From: Thermoproteota archaeon | GTDB taxonomy: Archaea > Thermoproteota > Thermoprotei > Thermofilales > B9-G17 | DNA length: 64,000 bases | NCBI GenBank assembly: GCA_029258885.1 | Contig: JAPDJW010000002.1 | Coordinates: 32,001 to 96,000 of the forward strand | Direction of reading: 5' to 3' | Part shown: positions 8,117-18,385 of the stretch, in pieces | Layout: every line of letters begins with the position of its first letter | How positions within the stretch are numbered: the first letter of the stretch is position 1 | Translations under genes and position numbers: made by a program | Notes under the pieces: model-generated | Database searches by the model: none | What the model saw: only the letters and a program-made list of their open reading frames with translations | Told to the model about the DNA's origin: nothing

Positions 8117-9367
8117 TTATAGGGTTTTGAATAGTAGTTTCAGTGATTTAATTAGTCCCAGCTTCTTGATTATTAGTGACTGTTTAGCTTTTAAGGCATT
8201 ATAGGCATATTTCCTGGAGTACTTGTGGTTTAGTAGCCATCCCATTATCCTCCTCAGCTCTCTATCCTCTATCGCTGCCTCTACTAGAGCATCCACTAGG
8301 TCGTCTGAGAGGTCGTGACCGTAGGACATCTTATGTAGCTTCATCGCATACTTTATTTCCTCCTCGTATATCTCTTTCATCCATCTATCCTGATACCTCT
8401 TTAGCGACGTCTCGCTTAGATCATTTTCTTCAAGCGCCTTAGCGATTACTTCGCTTGCAATAATTCCTGATCTTAGGGCATAGAATATTCCCTCGTAGCT
8501 GTAGGGATCAACTAGGCCGGCTGCGTCGCCTACTACCACGAACCTGTGTCCGTAGGTCTTCTTCAGCGGCTCGGTGGGTATGGTGTCTGCTACCAGCTTC
8601 TTCCCTTCAACAAGCCTTATTTTCGCTCCCTTAAGCTTCTCTGAGGCTATTGGATGCTCCTTTATGAACTTGTCAAGCCTTTCAATCATCATTTTAGCGT
8701 TTGTGCCAGCGTAGAAGTGTAGCCCTACCTCCACAACGTCCCTTCGCGGGAACATCCATACGTAGGCTAGCTGAGAATACGCCTGGTTGAAGTACACCTC
8801 TATGGCGTCTCCTATCCTCTCGTCAATTATCTTCTCGGGGAGCTCAAGCTCATACTGTATTACATTTATGTACTTCGGCGTCTCTATCCCCAGCTGTTTG
8901 CTTAAATTGGACTCCATGCCATATGCTCCTATAAGAACCTCGGCCTCATACTTCTCCTCCTTCCCCTCAACCTCCGCTGTAACCTCAACCTTATCCTCGA
9001 ATATCTTTATCTTAGTGGCCTTGGCATTATTGATTACGTCGGCGCCAGCCTTCTCAGCGCTATCCATGAGCCATTTATCGTATGCTGGCCTATAGACTAT
9101 GAAGCCTGGCTCCTTGGCACTGCCAACGTAAACGGATTTATTCGACCTCGAGACGACAAGGCCTTTAACTATCTTCCTCTCAACTAATTCATCGGGAACT
9201 TTAAGCAGATTATAGCATCCATTAGATATTCCTCCAGCACACGGCTTTACTCTCAGCCTAGAACCCTTCTCGAGAAGAACTACGTTAACCTTATTCTCGG
9301 CAAGCCTCCAGGCAGATATTGCACCAGAAGGACCACCGCCGATAACTACGACGTCATACTTTTTCAT
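8117..9367 (-). CDS. Geranylgeranyl reductase family FAD-dependent oxidoreductase
   Basis: YDVVVIGGGPSG, KPCAGG, YVWMFP, VVGDAAGLVDPYSYEGI; ATG 9367 preferred. Confidence 0.88.
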   Translation of the reverse strand: MKKYDVVVIGGGPSGAISAWRLAENKVNVVLLEKGSRLRVKPCAGGISNGCYNLLKVPDELVERKIVKGLVVSRSNKSVYVGSAKEPGFIVYRPAYDKWLMDSAEKAGADVINNAKATKIKIFEDKVEVTAEVEGKEEKYEAEVLIGAYGMESNLSKQLGIETPKYINVIQYELELPEKIIDERIGDAIEVYFNQAYSQLAYVWMFPRRDVVEVGLHFYAGTNAKMMIERLDKFIKEHPIASEKLKGAKIRLVEGKKLVADTIPTEPLKKTYGHRFVVVGDAAGLVDPYSYEGIFYALRSGIIASEVIAKALEENDLSETSLKRYQDRWMKEIYEEEIKYAMKLHKMSYGHDLSDDLVDALVEAAIEDRELRRIMGWLLNHKYSRKYAYNALKAKQSLIIKKLGLIKSLKLLFKTL

Positions 9368-9719
9368 AAACAGCACCGATATCTTAAAAGCCTTCAAATT
9401 AATAAGCATTAACACATATTCTATTGAAGACTATGGTAACAGTCAACTATCCGTGATATTACTCCTTTAATAATAGAGTAATAGCTACGTTATGCTTATC
9501 GATTTAAAATATTTTATCGCTCTTGTTTTTAGGTTAAATGATTTATTGTTGTAATGTATTATAGCGTATGGATCGGGTTAAGCTTAAGCTGACCCTCACA
9601 GACGAGCAGGTAATAGAGATGCTCCGAAAACACCGCTGACCTAACGGCGTAAGAATACACGCTGATACAAGAAAATCTGATTGAATATGTTTTCTGATTT
9701 TAGGTTAAAAGTTCTAGTC

Positions 9720-10808
9720 CTAGATAATTGCCTTTCCATCTTTTTTGTTGAATATATGGATGTGTTTGACGGGGATCTCAATATAAATCGTTTCATCCGG
9801 CTTTAGGCTTATTTCGCCTGGATATCTTGCTTTGTATATTTTTCCTCCTAGGCTAAAGTTAATAATCATTTCCCCTCCAAGTGGTTCCACAACATATACT
9901 CTACATTTGACCGTCGATGCCCTTGGTTCCTTATATATTTTAATGTGTTCAGGTCTTATACCTAAAACCACTTCTAAACCCGCCTTATCCCTTAAGATGC
10001 TACTAAATGTTTTTGGTAGTTTCAGTTTAAATTCTCCAGCATCTAGAACGATAAAGTCGTCCTTATATGTGAGAGTTGCATCAAAGAAGTTCATGGCAGG
10101 GGATCCTATAAAACCTGCAACGAATATATTTTGTGGTTTTTTATATAGATCACTTGGTGTACCTATTTGCTGAATCTTACCTTTATGAAAGACTACTATT
10201 CTGTCAGCCATAGTCATTGCTTCCACTTGATCATGTGTGACATAGATTGTAGTTATTCCTAACTCTTTCTGCAGCCTCTTGAGCTCGGCTCTCATATATA
10301 CTCTTAGCTTTGCATCTAAATTGCTCAGTGGCTCATCCATGAGGAAGACCTTGGGTTCTCGGACCAATGCTCTTCCTAATGCAACTCTCTGTTGTTGCCC
10401 ACCACTAAGCTGGCTTGGTCTCCTATCTAAAAGGTCTTCAATTTTTAGTAACTTAGCGACCTCTTCTACCTTTGCTTTAATGTACTTTTTCGGCATTTTT
10501 CTTACTTGCAAGGGAAAGGCTAAGTTATCGAATACCGTCATGTGCGGATAAAGTGCATAGTTTTGAAATACCATTGCGACGTCCCTTTCCCTGGGCGGTA
10601 TGTTGTTAACTAGTCTGCCACCAATGTATATTTCTCCTTCGTCAGGCCTTTCTAGTCCTGCAATCAACCTTAAAGTAGTAGTTTTTCCAGAACCGCTAGG
10701 CCCCAAGAGAACCACGAACTCCTTATCTTTAACGTCAAAGGATACCTTATTTACGGCTATTACCTTACCGAAACGCTTTGTAAGATTTTTAACTTTCACA
10801 TCCGCCAT
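9720..10808 (-). CDS. malK: Sugar ABC transporter ATP-binding subunit (MalK/MsmX type)
   Basis: GPSGSGKTT, VFQNYALYPHM, LSGGQQQR, DEPLSNLDAKLR, GIRPEH, C-terminal regulatory domain. Confidence 0.93.
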   Translation of the reverse strand: MADVKVKNLTKRFGKVIAVNKVSFDVKDKEFVVLLGPSGSGKTTTLRLIAGLERPDEGEIYIGGRLVNNIPPRERDVAMVFQNYALYPHMTVFDNLAFPLQVRKMPKKYIKAKVEEVAKLLKIEDLLDRRPSQLSGGQQQRVALGRALVREPKVFLMDEPLSNLDAKLRVYMRAELKRLQKELGITTIYVTHDQVEAMTMADRIVVFHKGKIQQIGTPSDLYKKPQNIFVAGFIGSPAMNFFDATLTYKDDFIVLDAGEFKLKLPKTFSSILRDKAGLEVVLGIRPEHIKIYKEPRASTVKCRVYVVEPLGGEMIINFSLGGKIYKARYPGEISLKPDETIYIEIPVKHIHIFNKKDGKAII

Positions 10809-10825
10809 GTTTCATCACGCTCCAT

Positions 10826-11659
10826 TTAGCCTTTAACTACCCAGCCGACCATTCCTCGGATATAGTATTTCTGTAAGGCAAGATATAATACTATAGGTAC
10901 AGCTATGATTATGAGCGAGGCAGCGGATAAAACACCCCAGTCAACATGATACTGGCCTCTCATTAGAGGCAGTCTCTGCGTTGCCAAAAGTTTATCAGGA
11001 GAATATATGAGAATTAACGCTAAGAAGAAGTCGCTCCAAACCCATGTGAATTGTAGTGCTGCAACTGATGCTATCCCCGGTAAGGATAGAGGGAGAACTA
11101 TTTTATAAAATATCTGGAAGTCCGTGGCCCCATCTATTCTAGCAGCTTCCTCCACTTCAACGGGAAGCGTGGCAAAGAAATTTTTCATAAAAAGTATTAT
11201 CCAAGGTAATCCCCACGCTGTATGTACTATGCTTAATCCGATAAGGCTGTCGAGCAATCCCAGTTTTTTCATTAACTGAAATAAAGGTATTGCGATGCTC
11301 TGTTGAGGAACCGCCATCAATAAAACAATTGTAAGGAAAAGGTAGCTTTTGATCGTAAAGCTGTATCTAGCGAAAGCGTACGCAGCAAGTGCTCCTATTA
11401 TTATCGGCATTATAGTTGCAGGAATCGTAACTATTAATGAATTTACTATTCCCTTACTGAGGGGTGCGGTCGGATGATATAAAGCATTAAATATGTTGGT
11501 TAATGAAGGGTTAAATTCGCTAAAATCCCACCATCCACGTACTATTTCCTTGTATGGTCTAATCGAAGCCATTAATATCCCCATTAGTGGCAGAATCCAT
11601 ACAAACGATATGGCCCATGCTATTACGTTGATAAGTATGGCAACCTTGTTTATCTTCAT
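10826..11659 (-). CDS. Carbohydrate ABC transporter permease (MalG-like)
   Basis: EEAARIDGA EAA loop, multiple TM helices, operon context. Confidence 0.92.
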   Translation of the reverse strand: MKINKVAILINVIAWAISFVWILPLMGILMASIRPYKEIVRGWWDFSEFNPSLTNIFNALYHPTAPLSKGIVNSLIVTIPATIMPIIIGALAAYAFARYSFTIKSYLFLTIVLLMAVPQQSIAIPLFQLMKKLGLLDSLIGLSIVHTAWGLPWIILFMKNFFATLPVEVEEAARIDGATDFQIFYKIVLPLSLPGIASVAALQFTWVWSDFFLALILIYSPDKLLATQRLPLMRGQYHVDWGVLSAASLIIIAVPIVLYLALQKYYIRGMVGWVVKG

Positions 11660-12534
11660 TTTCTCACCACGTACTTAAACATGACTATAGCAACAATTAG
11701 GGTTAGTGCAGTTAAAAGAGTGGCGATTACGGATGAGGCGTTAAAGTCTAGGCTTCTAAATGCTAGGAAATACATCAATAATGCGAGAACGTTTGAAGCC
11801 CCTCCAGGTCCGCCATAAGTTGCCACATAAACTATATCGAATATTTTAAGCTCCCATAAAAGGGTCATCGTAACCACAGTTGTTGTAACCGGCTTAAGGA
11901 GAGGCAGGGTTATTCGAAAGAATATCTGCATAGAGGAAGCTCCATCAATTTTTGCAGCCTCGTAATACTCCTTTGGTATCATAGCGAGACCAGCAGAGTA
12001 TAGAATTAAACTAAACCCAGTCCAAAGCCAAACAGAACCTAAAATTAAGGAAAATAAGGCTGTGTCAGGGTACATGGTCCAGGTCCTGACAAGGTGACCT
12101 AAACCAATCGCCTTGAGAAACATATTAACAACCCCTACCTCCCTGTCGAAGGTAAACCTAATAATTATTCCTCCCACGATTAGGGGAGTCACCATGCCTA
12201 AAAATATGATGGATTTAATTATGGATGAACCCTTCACGTTCTGTAGAAGAACTGCTAGTACCAATCCGAGGAGTGTGGATAGGGGAAGATGTATGAGAAT
12301 CCAGATAGCGTTATGAACTATAGCCCCCATCGGGAAGTAACCCTTTAAAATTCCATCGTAGTTGATCACTTCCCTCCTACTTAAAACTCTAATATAGTTG
12401 TCAAAACCTACAAAATAACCTTCAGGAGAGAGAAAACTGAGAGAAATAGTAGCAGAAATTGGATATAGGACGAAAATTATTATCAGAATTAGGGCAGGTA
12501 AAATGAAAAAGTAGGGGGTTAGGTTTAGCTTCAT
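11656..12534 (-). CDS. Carbohydrate ABC transporter permease (MalF-like)
   Basis: YEAAKIDGAS, ITLPLLKP, FDIVYV. Confidence 0.92.
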   Translation of the reverse strand: MKLNLTPYFFILPALILIIIFVLYPISATISLSFLSPEGYFVGFDNYIRVLSRREVINYDGILKGYFPMGAIVHNAIWILIHLPLSTLLGLVLAVLLQNVKGSSIIKSIIFLGMVTPLIVGGIIIRFTFDREVGVVNMFLKAIGLGHLVRTWTMYPDTALFSLILGSVWLWTGFSLILYSAGLAMIPKEYYEAAKIDGASSMQIFFRITLPLLKPVTTTVVTMTLLWELKIFDIVYVATYGGPGGASNVLALLMYFLAFRSLDFNASSVIATLLTALTLIVAIVMFKYVVRK

Positions 12535-12546
12535 CCCGTATCTACC

Positions 12547-13842
12547 TTATCCCTTTGGAGCCTTTTCCTGTAGGGCTTCAAGTACACTATCTAAAGCATC
12601 TGGATTTACCCATAATAACTTTAACTGATCCCAGAAGGTCGGTTGGAATTCTCCGCCAATTGAATCGTCTAAATCTGATAGCACTTCCTTACCAACTAAA
12701 AGCTTTGCAACTTCTCTATCAACAGGTGGATAGGCATCTAAGGGGACGTTGACGTTAGTAGCGAGATGTCCTCCCTGAGCAACCTGAAGTCTTTGAGCTT
12801 CTGCACTGCATAAGAACTTAAAGAACTCCTTCGCTGCTTCTAAGTTTTTGGTGTAAACAGGTATAAAGAAGTAATCAGGTGCAAACACTAGACCTTTATT
12901 TCCTGGTAGGGAGAAGACGCCGAGATCGGATGGATCTTCCACCATTCCAGTTATCCAGCTTCCCATAAAGTATAAAGCGTAATCTCCTTTCCACCATAAT
13001 TCTAGAGCTGTTGTCCACTCTATGGGTTCGCTAAAGTATCCTTTACGTAGAAGTGGAACTATTCTTTCCTCAAATATTTGCCTGACTTCCGGATCTGTCC
13101 ATTTAACTTTTCCTGCTATAAGATCCCTTTGAAGCTGGGGACCACCATAGGTTATGAGAAAATGCTCCACTACATCAGAAATAGGCCATCCTACACCATC
13201 TCCCGTAACTATTGGAGCTTTAATTCCCTCTATGCCCTTAATTTGTTCAAGCAAATTAACGAATTCGTCCCAAGTCTCAGGAACCGTTAAATTGTATTTA
13301 TTAAAGAAGGATTTTCTATACCAGAACCCCGGTTTAACTTTCCCTGTCCATACTCCGCCGTATATCCTACCATTTAGTTTAACGGCATCAAGAGCGCCCG
13401 GTAAGAAATCAGCTTCATTAATTAGATCTGTAACATCCACAACATGCCCCTTCTTCGCCTGCTCAACTATAAACCATCCCCACATAAAGATGACATCGCC
13501 AGGTGTAGAATTGGCTTCAAACTGTGCTGGTAGTATAGTCGCTAGGTCTTCAGCTCGATAAATCTTGTATATTACTTTTATACCAGTCATGCGCTCAAAT
13601 CTCTCTAAGACAGGCATGAAAGCATCCATTTCAGGCCCAGCCCAGGGACCTATCACCGTTATTGTAGCAGGTATTTCGCCAACCTTTTCCTTAATTGCTT
13701 CTATCGCTTCCAGTTTCTGACTTATCTCATCTAACTTGGCTGAAAGCGTTGCAACCATAGACTGCAATTGAGCTATTATTGCTCCAGTGGAGATAATAAC
13801 GATAAGCAAGGTTGTCACAAGAAGTATTTCCGTTCTAGTCAT
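12547..13842 (-). CDS. Sugar ABC substrate-binding protein (alpha-glucoside/trehalose-type), N-terminal anchor plus short coiled coil
   Basis: GPWAGPE, PETWDEF, DGVGWPISDVVE, operon context next to treT. Confidence 0.85.
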   Translation of the reverse strand: MTRTEILLVTTLLIVIISTGAIIAQLQSMVATLSAKLDEISQKLEAIEAIKEKVGEIPATITVIGPWAGPEMDAFMPVLERFERMTGIKVIYKIYRAEDLATILPAQFEANSTPGDVIFMWGWFIVEQAKKGHVVDVTDLINEADFLPGALDAVKLNGRIYGGVWTGKVKPGFWYRKSFFNKYNLTVPETWDEFVNLLEQIKGIEGIKAPIVTGDGVGWPISDVVEHFLITYGGPQLQRDLIAGKVKWTDPEVRQIFEERIVPLLRKGYFSEPIEWTTALELWWKGDYALYFMGSWITGMVEDPSDLGVFSLPGNKGLVFAPDYFFIPVYTKNLEAAKEFFKFLCSAEAQRLQVAQGGHLATNVNVPLDAYPPVDREVAKLLVGKEVLSDLDDSIGGEFQPTFWDQLKLLWVNPDALDSVLEALQEKAPKG

Positions 13843-13872
13843 AATACCACCCGCCAGTGATAAATATAGAGT

Positions 13873-13917
13873 AAAACTAATATATAAGTTTTATTACAAT
13901 TAAAACTGATTTTAATT
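13873..13917. promoter_or_regulatory. Divergent promoter region (ABC operon/trmB) with BRE-TATA and two palindromes
   Basis: AAAACTAATATATAAGTTTT (13873-13892; minus strand reads AAAACTTATATA) and AATTAAAA-CTGA-TTTTAATT (13898-13917). Confidence 0.5.
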
Positions 13918-13992
13918 AAACTTAAACAAAAACGTTAAGCAAATATTTCAAATAGGAATAATAGATATAATCAATAAATCTGGAGTAGGATA

Positions 13993-15003
13993 GTGGATAT
14001 GAACCAAAGAAATGAGCTGATAGACATCTTAAGAGAGAAGCTCGCAAGCCTAGGCTTAACTTCATATGAAATTACGGTATATCTTACTTTGCTAAGAGAG
14101 GGCCCCCTATCGGCTGGCGAGATAGCCAAGAGAAGCGGCATCCCACATAGTAGAGTATACGATATAATCCATAGATTGGATGAAAAGGATCTAGTTGAGA
14201 TATTTTACGGCAAGCCTAAAAAGGTTAAGGCAGTTGACCCAAACATAGCACTTTATGCACTCGTTGAAAGAAAGAAGAGAAAGCTGGATAGGCTATGTAA
14301 TCATGCATTAAGTTTGATAAATACTGTTATATTGGCAGGTAAACAAGCTGAAAAAACCACTTGGGTTATTGAGACTAGCCTAGCTGAAGTAGTATCACAT
14401 CTGATCTTAAAAGCGAGACATCAGCTTCTCCTAGCATCCGACCACGTTTTAATCGATGAATTGAGTGATGAGCTATGCCATGTATCTAAAAATGGAGTAA
14501 ATGTAACAGTAATATGTTATGATAACATAGAAAAGCTAGGTTCTAAAGATAAATTAGTTCAGGCTGGGGTAGAACTTTACGTAAGAAAGGCTTATTCATT
14601 AACTATAGTCCTTATTGATTTTCTAGCTGGAGCCATAAGTAGCCCCGGTATCAGCTATTCAATAATGACAACCGAACCTGTCCTCATAAGAGCTTTAATG
14701 GATCTTTTCTACAGCTCGATCGTAAATACTTCAAGCATTGTAGCAAAGCCACCGGAAGTAAGAGGCCGCTTCGTTTCAATATGGGCAATTATAAATAAAA
14801 TTGAAAAAGGTAGGAAACTGCGTGTAAATGGAATAGATTTAAAGACAGGAAAAGAGGTGATTGTTGAAGGAGTAGTCGAAGACAAAATAATAGAGGATGG
14901 AGTTGTGTGCTTGCTTTTAAGGACTGAGAAAGGAATAGTTAAGGTGGGTGGATTAGGCGCAATGCTAGAAGATATAGAGGGACTTATATTCGAAGTAATT
15001 TAG
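13993..15003 (+). CDS. trmB: TrmB family sugar-sensing transcriptional regulator
   Basis: LGLTSYE..VYLTLL...A.EIA..SGIPHSRVYDI..RL..K.LV; C-terminal KVGGLGAMLEDI. Confidence 0.9.
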   Translation: MDMNQRNELIDILREKLASLGLTSYEITVYLTLLREGPLSAGEIAKRSGIPHSRVYDIIHRLDEKDLVEIFYGKPKKVKAVDPNIALYALVERKKRKLDRLCNHALSLINTVILAGKQAEKTTWVIETSLAEVVSHLILKARHQLLLASDHVLIDELSDELCHVSKNGVNVTVICYDNIEKLGSKDKLVQAGVELYVRKAYSLTIVLIDFLAGAISSPGISYSIMTTEPVLIRALMDLFYSSIVNTSSIVAKPPEVRGRFVSIWAIINKIEKGRKLRVNGIDLKTGKEVIVEGVVEDKIIEDGVVCLLLRTEKGIVKVGGLGAMLEDIEGLIFEVI

Positions 15004-15015
15004 AGAGGTGTTTAG

Positions 15016-16245
15016 GTGAAAGTTTCAGTTAAACGAGATAGAAGACTGGAAGACTATAGAAAGATAGTTTCGGACGCTGTTCTAAATAGCATAATGAGCA
15101 TTGCCGATAAGCTTAAGGGATTATCTGTTATTCATGTAAATTCGACTTCATTTGGTGGGGGTGTAGCTGAAATATTACATAGCATGGTCCCTTTAATGGC
15201 TTCAGTGGGTCTGGATGTCGAATGGAATGTCATAGAAGCGCCTATCGAATTCTTTAATATTACAAAGTTATTACATCATGGAATTCAAGGAATGAAAGTA
15301 GACTTTGATGAGGGTATGAAAAGTTTTTACCTAAAAATAAATGAGGAAAATGTAGCGAAAATAGATTTAGATAAAGATTTCATAGTAATTCATGACCCAC
15401 AACCCTTGCCGATTAAATATTTTGCAAAAGATCATGGATTGTGGATTTGGAGATGTCATATAGATGCGTCTTCCCCGTATAAGCCAGTTTGGAATTTCAT
15501 CAGCAAATTTGTTAAACTGTATGATTCCTATATTTTTCATATGGAGGAATATGTTCAACCGGACTTGGATAGAGGAAAGGCATTTATCATGCCTCCGTCG
15601 ATAGATCCTCTCACGGAGAAAAATAGAGAAATGAGTGACTCAGAGATAATGGATATCCTTGATAAATTTGACATAGATCCAGAGAAGCCCATACTAATAC
15701 AAGTCGCCAGATTTGATCCGTGGAAGGATCCTATAGGAGCTATAAAAGTATATAGGAAGGTAAAGGAGCGGGAGCCTGGACTTCAGCTTTTACTTGTAGC
15801 ATCTATGGCACATGATGATCCTGAGGGATGGGTATATTATGAAAAAGCCGTTAGGTATGCTGGAGAAGATTACAATATTCATTTTCTAACAAACGTTGTT
15901 GGTGTTGGTGATAGGGAGGTTAATGCTTTCCAGAGGGCGGCTGATGTAGCGCTTCAAATGAGTATAAGAGAGGGATTTGGTTTAGCAGTTACAGAAGCGC
16001 TCTGGAAAGAGACGCCAGTTGTAGCTAGAGGGGTGGGTGGAATTAAATTACAAGTAATTAATGGTATAAACGGATTCATTATTAAAACGGTAGATGAAGC
16101 AGCAGAAAGAGTCTTGTATTTGCTTAAAAACCGAGCCTTAAGAGAGAAAATGGGCAGAAGAGGTCGAGATCACGTTAAAAGGAATTTTCTGATTACTAGA
16201 CACCTTTTTGATTACCTAAAACTTTTCTATAAGTTATACTATTAA
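15016..16245 (+). CDS. treT: Trehalose glycosyltransferring synthase (GT4)
   Basis: HVNSTSFGGGVAEIL, HDPQP, WRCHID, RFDPWKDP, EGFGLAVTEALWK. Confidence 0.92.
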   Translation: MKVSVKRDRRLEDYRKIVSDAVLNSIMSIADKLKGLSVIHVNSTSFGGGVAEILHSMVPLMASVGLDVEWNVIEAPIEFFNITKLLHHGIQGMKVDFDEGMKSFYLKINEENVAKIDLDKDFIVIHDPQPLPIKYFAKDHGLWIWRCHIDASSPYKPVWNFISKFVKLYDSYIFHMEEYVQPDLDRGKAFIMPPSIDPLTEKNREMSDSEIMDILDKFDIDPEKPILIQVARFDPWKDPIGAIKVYRKVKEREPGLQLLLVASMAHDDPEGWVYYEKAVRYAGEDYNIHFLTNVVGVGDREVNAFQRAADVALQMSIREGFGLAVTEALWKETPVVARGVGGIKLQVINGINGFIIKTVDEAAERVLYLLKNRALREKMGRRGRDHVKRNFLITRHLFDYLKLFYKLYY

Positions 16246-16320
16246 GCCGTAGTTTAAGCCAAAATACGTTACAACGATAAATTATTTAACTTAAAACAAG
16301 AGCGTAAAATAGTATCATAG

Positions 16321-16776
16321 TTACCAAATTACTTTAACTCCTGATCTCTTAGCCACGTATGATAGATCTTTATCGCCAGTAACTATTGGTATCCTAAATT
16401 TTAGGGCAAGAACTATAGTAGTAGCATCCGCAATTGACAGTCTTCTATGCTTTAAAGTATCATCCGTAGCTTCCCTCAATATTCTATCTCCTCTTATCTT
16501 CACCTGTGAAGCTGATGCAGCAATATTTACATCGAGCTCTGCTACTTTAAAATATATCTTGACAAATTCTATTAGTTCTTCCTCATTTTTAAATGGCAAC
16601 CTCCCTCTTCTCCAATGATATGCCAGCTCATAAATAATGAGATAATGAACTATACCATCTAATGTCCCAGTTCTTATACTATCCAGAACCTTAAGGGCCC
16701 TAAACGGTATCTGCCCTGAGAAATCGGCCATAATTGCATAGGAATCCACTATTACTGCTGAAATCTTCTCAACCAT
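16321..16776 (-). CDS. vapC: VapC PIN-domain toxin
   Basis: VIVDSYA...ELAY...LSIADAT...IVTGDKD acidic tetrad; downstream of an AbrB-type gene. Confidence 0.85.
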   Translation of the reverse strand: MVEKISAVIVDSYAIMADFSGQIPFRALKVLDSIRTGTLDGIVHYLIIYELAYHWRRGRLPFKNEEELIEFVKIYFKVAELDVNIAASASQVKIRGDRILREATDDTLKHRRLSIADATTIVLALKFRIPIVTGDKDLSYVAKRSGVKVIW

Positions 16777-17003
16777 TCTTCCTCCTCCATATCAATTTCA
16801 CGTTCAGCTTCATCTATGTTAAAGCTTATCTTTCGGCCACGTTCACGAAGGATACTCCATAGATCCTTAGTTTTTAATATTATTTTATCTTCCTTAACTT
16901 CAAGCTCTAGCACCATACCCTCTTTAATTCCTAAACTATCGCGAATCTCCTTAGGTATTACTATAACGCCGCGTTTACCTACCCTTACCCTAAAAATATA
17001 CAT
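16752..17003 (-). CDS. vapB: AbrB/MazE-type antitoxin
   Basis: VRVGKRGVIVIPKEIRDSLGIKEG; ATG 17003 preferred over 17084. Confidence 0.85.
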   Translation of the reverse strand: MYIFRVRVGKRGVIVIPKEIRDSLGIKEGMVLELEVKEDKIILKTKDLWSILRERGRKISFNIDEAEREIDMEEEEWLRRFQQ

Positions 17004-17094
17004 CACCTTACATACATAACATAGAGTTAGATTAATAAATTCTTCTGACAGAAAACAATATTTTTCAGACATAAAGCGTATCATTCAATAATTA

Positions 17095-18264
17095 TTAATA
17101 AAATATCATTACTGGTACTGCGAGTTCCTCCGGGGAAAGGCCTCCGTGATGTCCTAGTAATTTCTTCTCCTCCTCTTTAGGCGGCTTTGTTGATACTATC
17201 ACTCCATCTAGAGCTGCTAGAACATATCTTCCAAATCTGGTCCATACGTTTCTCGGAGGGGTACGGCCGAAAAGCTTCTCATATTCATCTAAGCCGAATA
17301 TTGTAGCCTTATCTTTAAGCTCTCCCAAGTCATCCTCGTAAACATCTGTATCCGGTATTAGGTACAGGAACCTCCTCTCTCCGAAGGGTGGTAGTATAAG
17401 CTTATCCATTACGGGCTTATCTACTATGTAGGTCTCCTCCTTAACATCTATCTGGCCGTGGTCGGCTGTAATTACTACTATGGAGTTCATTCTAGTAGCC
17501 TCCTCAATTATCGACCTAATATACTTGGAGAACATCCTTAGTCCCGCCCCGACTTCAAGCGAGCTTGGACCATAGACGTGAGATAAGTCGTCTAGTTCGC
17601 TCCAGTAGCTCACCACTAAACCCTTTTCAATGTTCTTCAATGCGGTTAGTGTTCTGCTAGCAGCATCGCTTAAAGCAACGTACTTCACTATCTCTGATCC
17701 ACGAATTAGTTCATCCGTGAATATGCCCTCTAAATGCCACTCACCAACCACCATATACGACTTAATATCCTTACTCGTAAGCTTCTCGTAAATTGTGTCC
17801 GTGAGAAGTAGACTAAAGGATTTCTCCTCCTCACTCTGCTTCTTTATCTTAAGGCTTTCAACTATAGCTCCAAGCTCCTTAATATACATCCTATACCCCG
17901 ATACTCCATGAACTCCCGGCGGCTCACCTGTTGCAAGTGTAGCAAGTGCAGTGGCAGTAGTTGATGGCGCTACGCTACTGAAAACGTCCACGTATTTAAC
18001 TATCTCTAAAATATCCCTTATTTCATCGATATGTTTAAGTATCGTTGATACGCCGAAGGAGTCAACTATAAGGAAAAGTATCTTCTTCCTGCCTGGAGTA
18101 ATCTCCGCCAGGTAGCCGGACTCACTAAGTAAGAATTCCATAATTAATTTAGCTAATCCATCTAGCCCCTTACCACCGTATCTCGGTCTCGATAAACCAT
18201 TCTCGTCAACTGCGTCTCTAAAGCTTTGTAGGCCATCTTCGAGCGTGTTTACCCAATTATTCAT
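17095..18264 (-). CDS. Alkaline phosphatase superfamily (nucleotide pyrophosphatase/phosphodiesterase-like) protein
   Basis: IVDSFG, APSTTATA (Thr nucleophile), DDLSH, TADHGQ, GHHGGLSPEE. Confidence 0.85.
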   Translation of the reverse strand: MNNWVNTLEDGLQSFRDAVDENGLSRPRYGGKGLDGLAKLIMEFLLSESGYLAEITPGRKKILFLIVDSFGVSTILKHIDEIRDILEIVKYVDVFSSVAPSTTATALATLATGEPPGVHGVSGYRMYIKELGAIVESLKIKKQSEEEKSFSLLLTDTIYEKLTSKDIKSYMVVGEWHLEGIFTDELIRGSEIVKYVALSDAASRTLTALKNIEKGLVVSYWSELDDLSHVYGPSSLEVGAGLRMFSKYIRSIIEEATRMNSIVVITADHGQIDVKEETYIVDKPVMDKLILPPFGERRFLYLIPDTDVYEDDLGELKDKATIFGLDEYEKLFGRTPPRNVWTRFGRYVLAALDGVIVSTKPPKEEEKKLLGHHGGLSPEELAVPVMIFY

Positions 18265-18385
18265 GCAAGAATTATGCGCGTTGAATCATATACGGTTTTC
18301 TATGAAAATATAGGGCCTCGAATCTTACGCAAAATATTGGATAAAAGATATTGATGATGTAACTCTATTATGAAACTGTGGGAGA

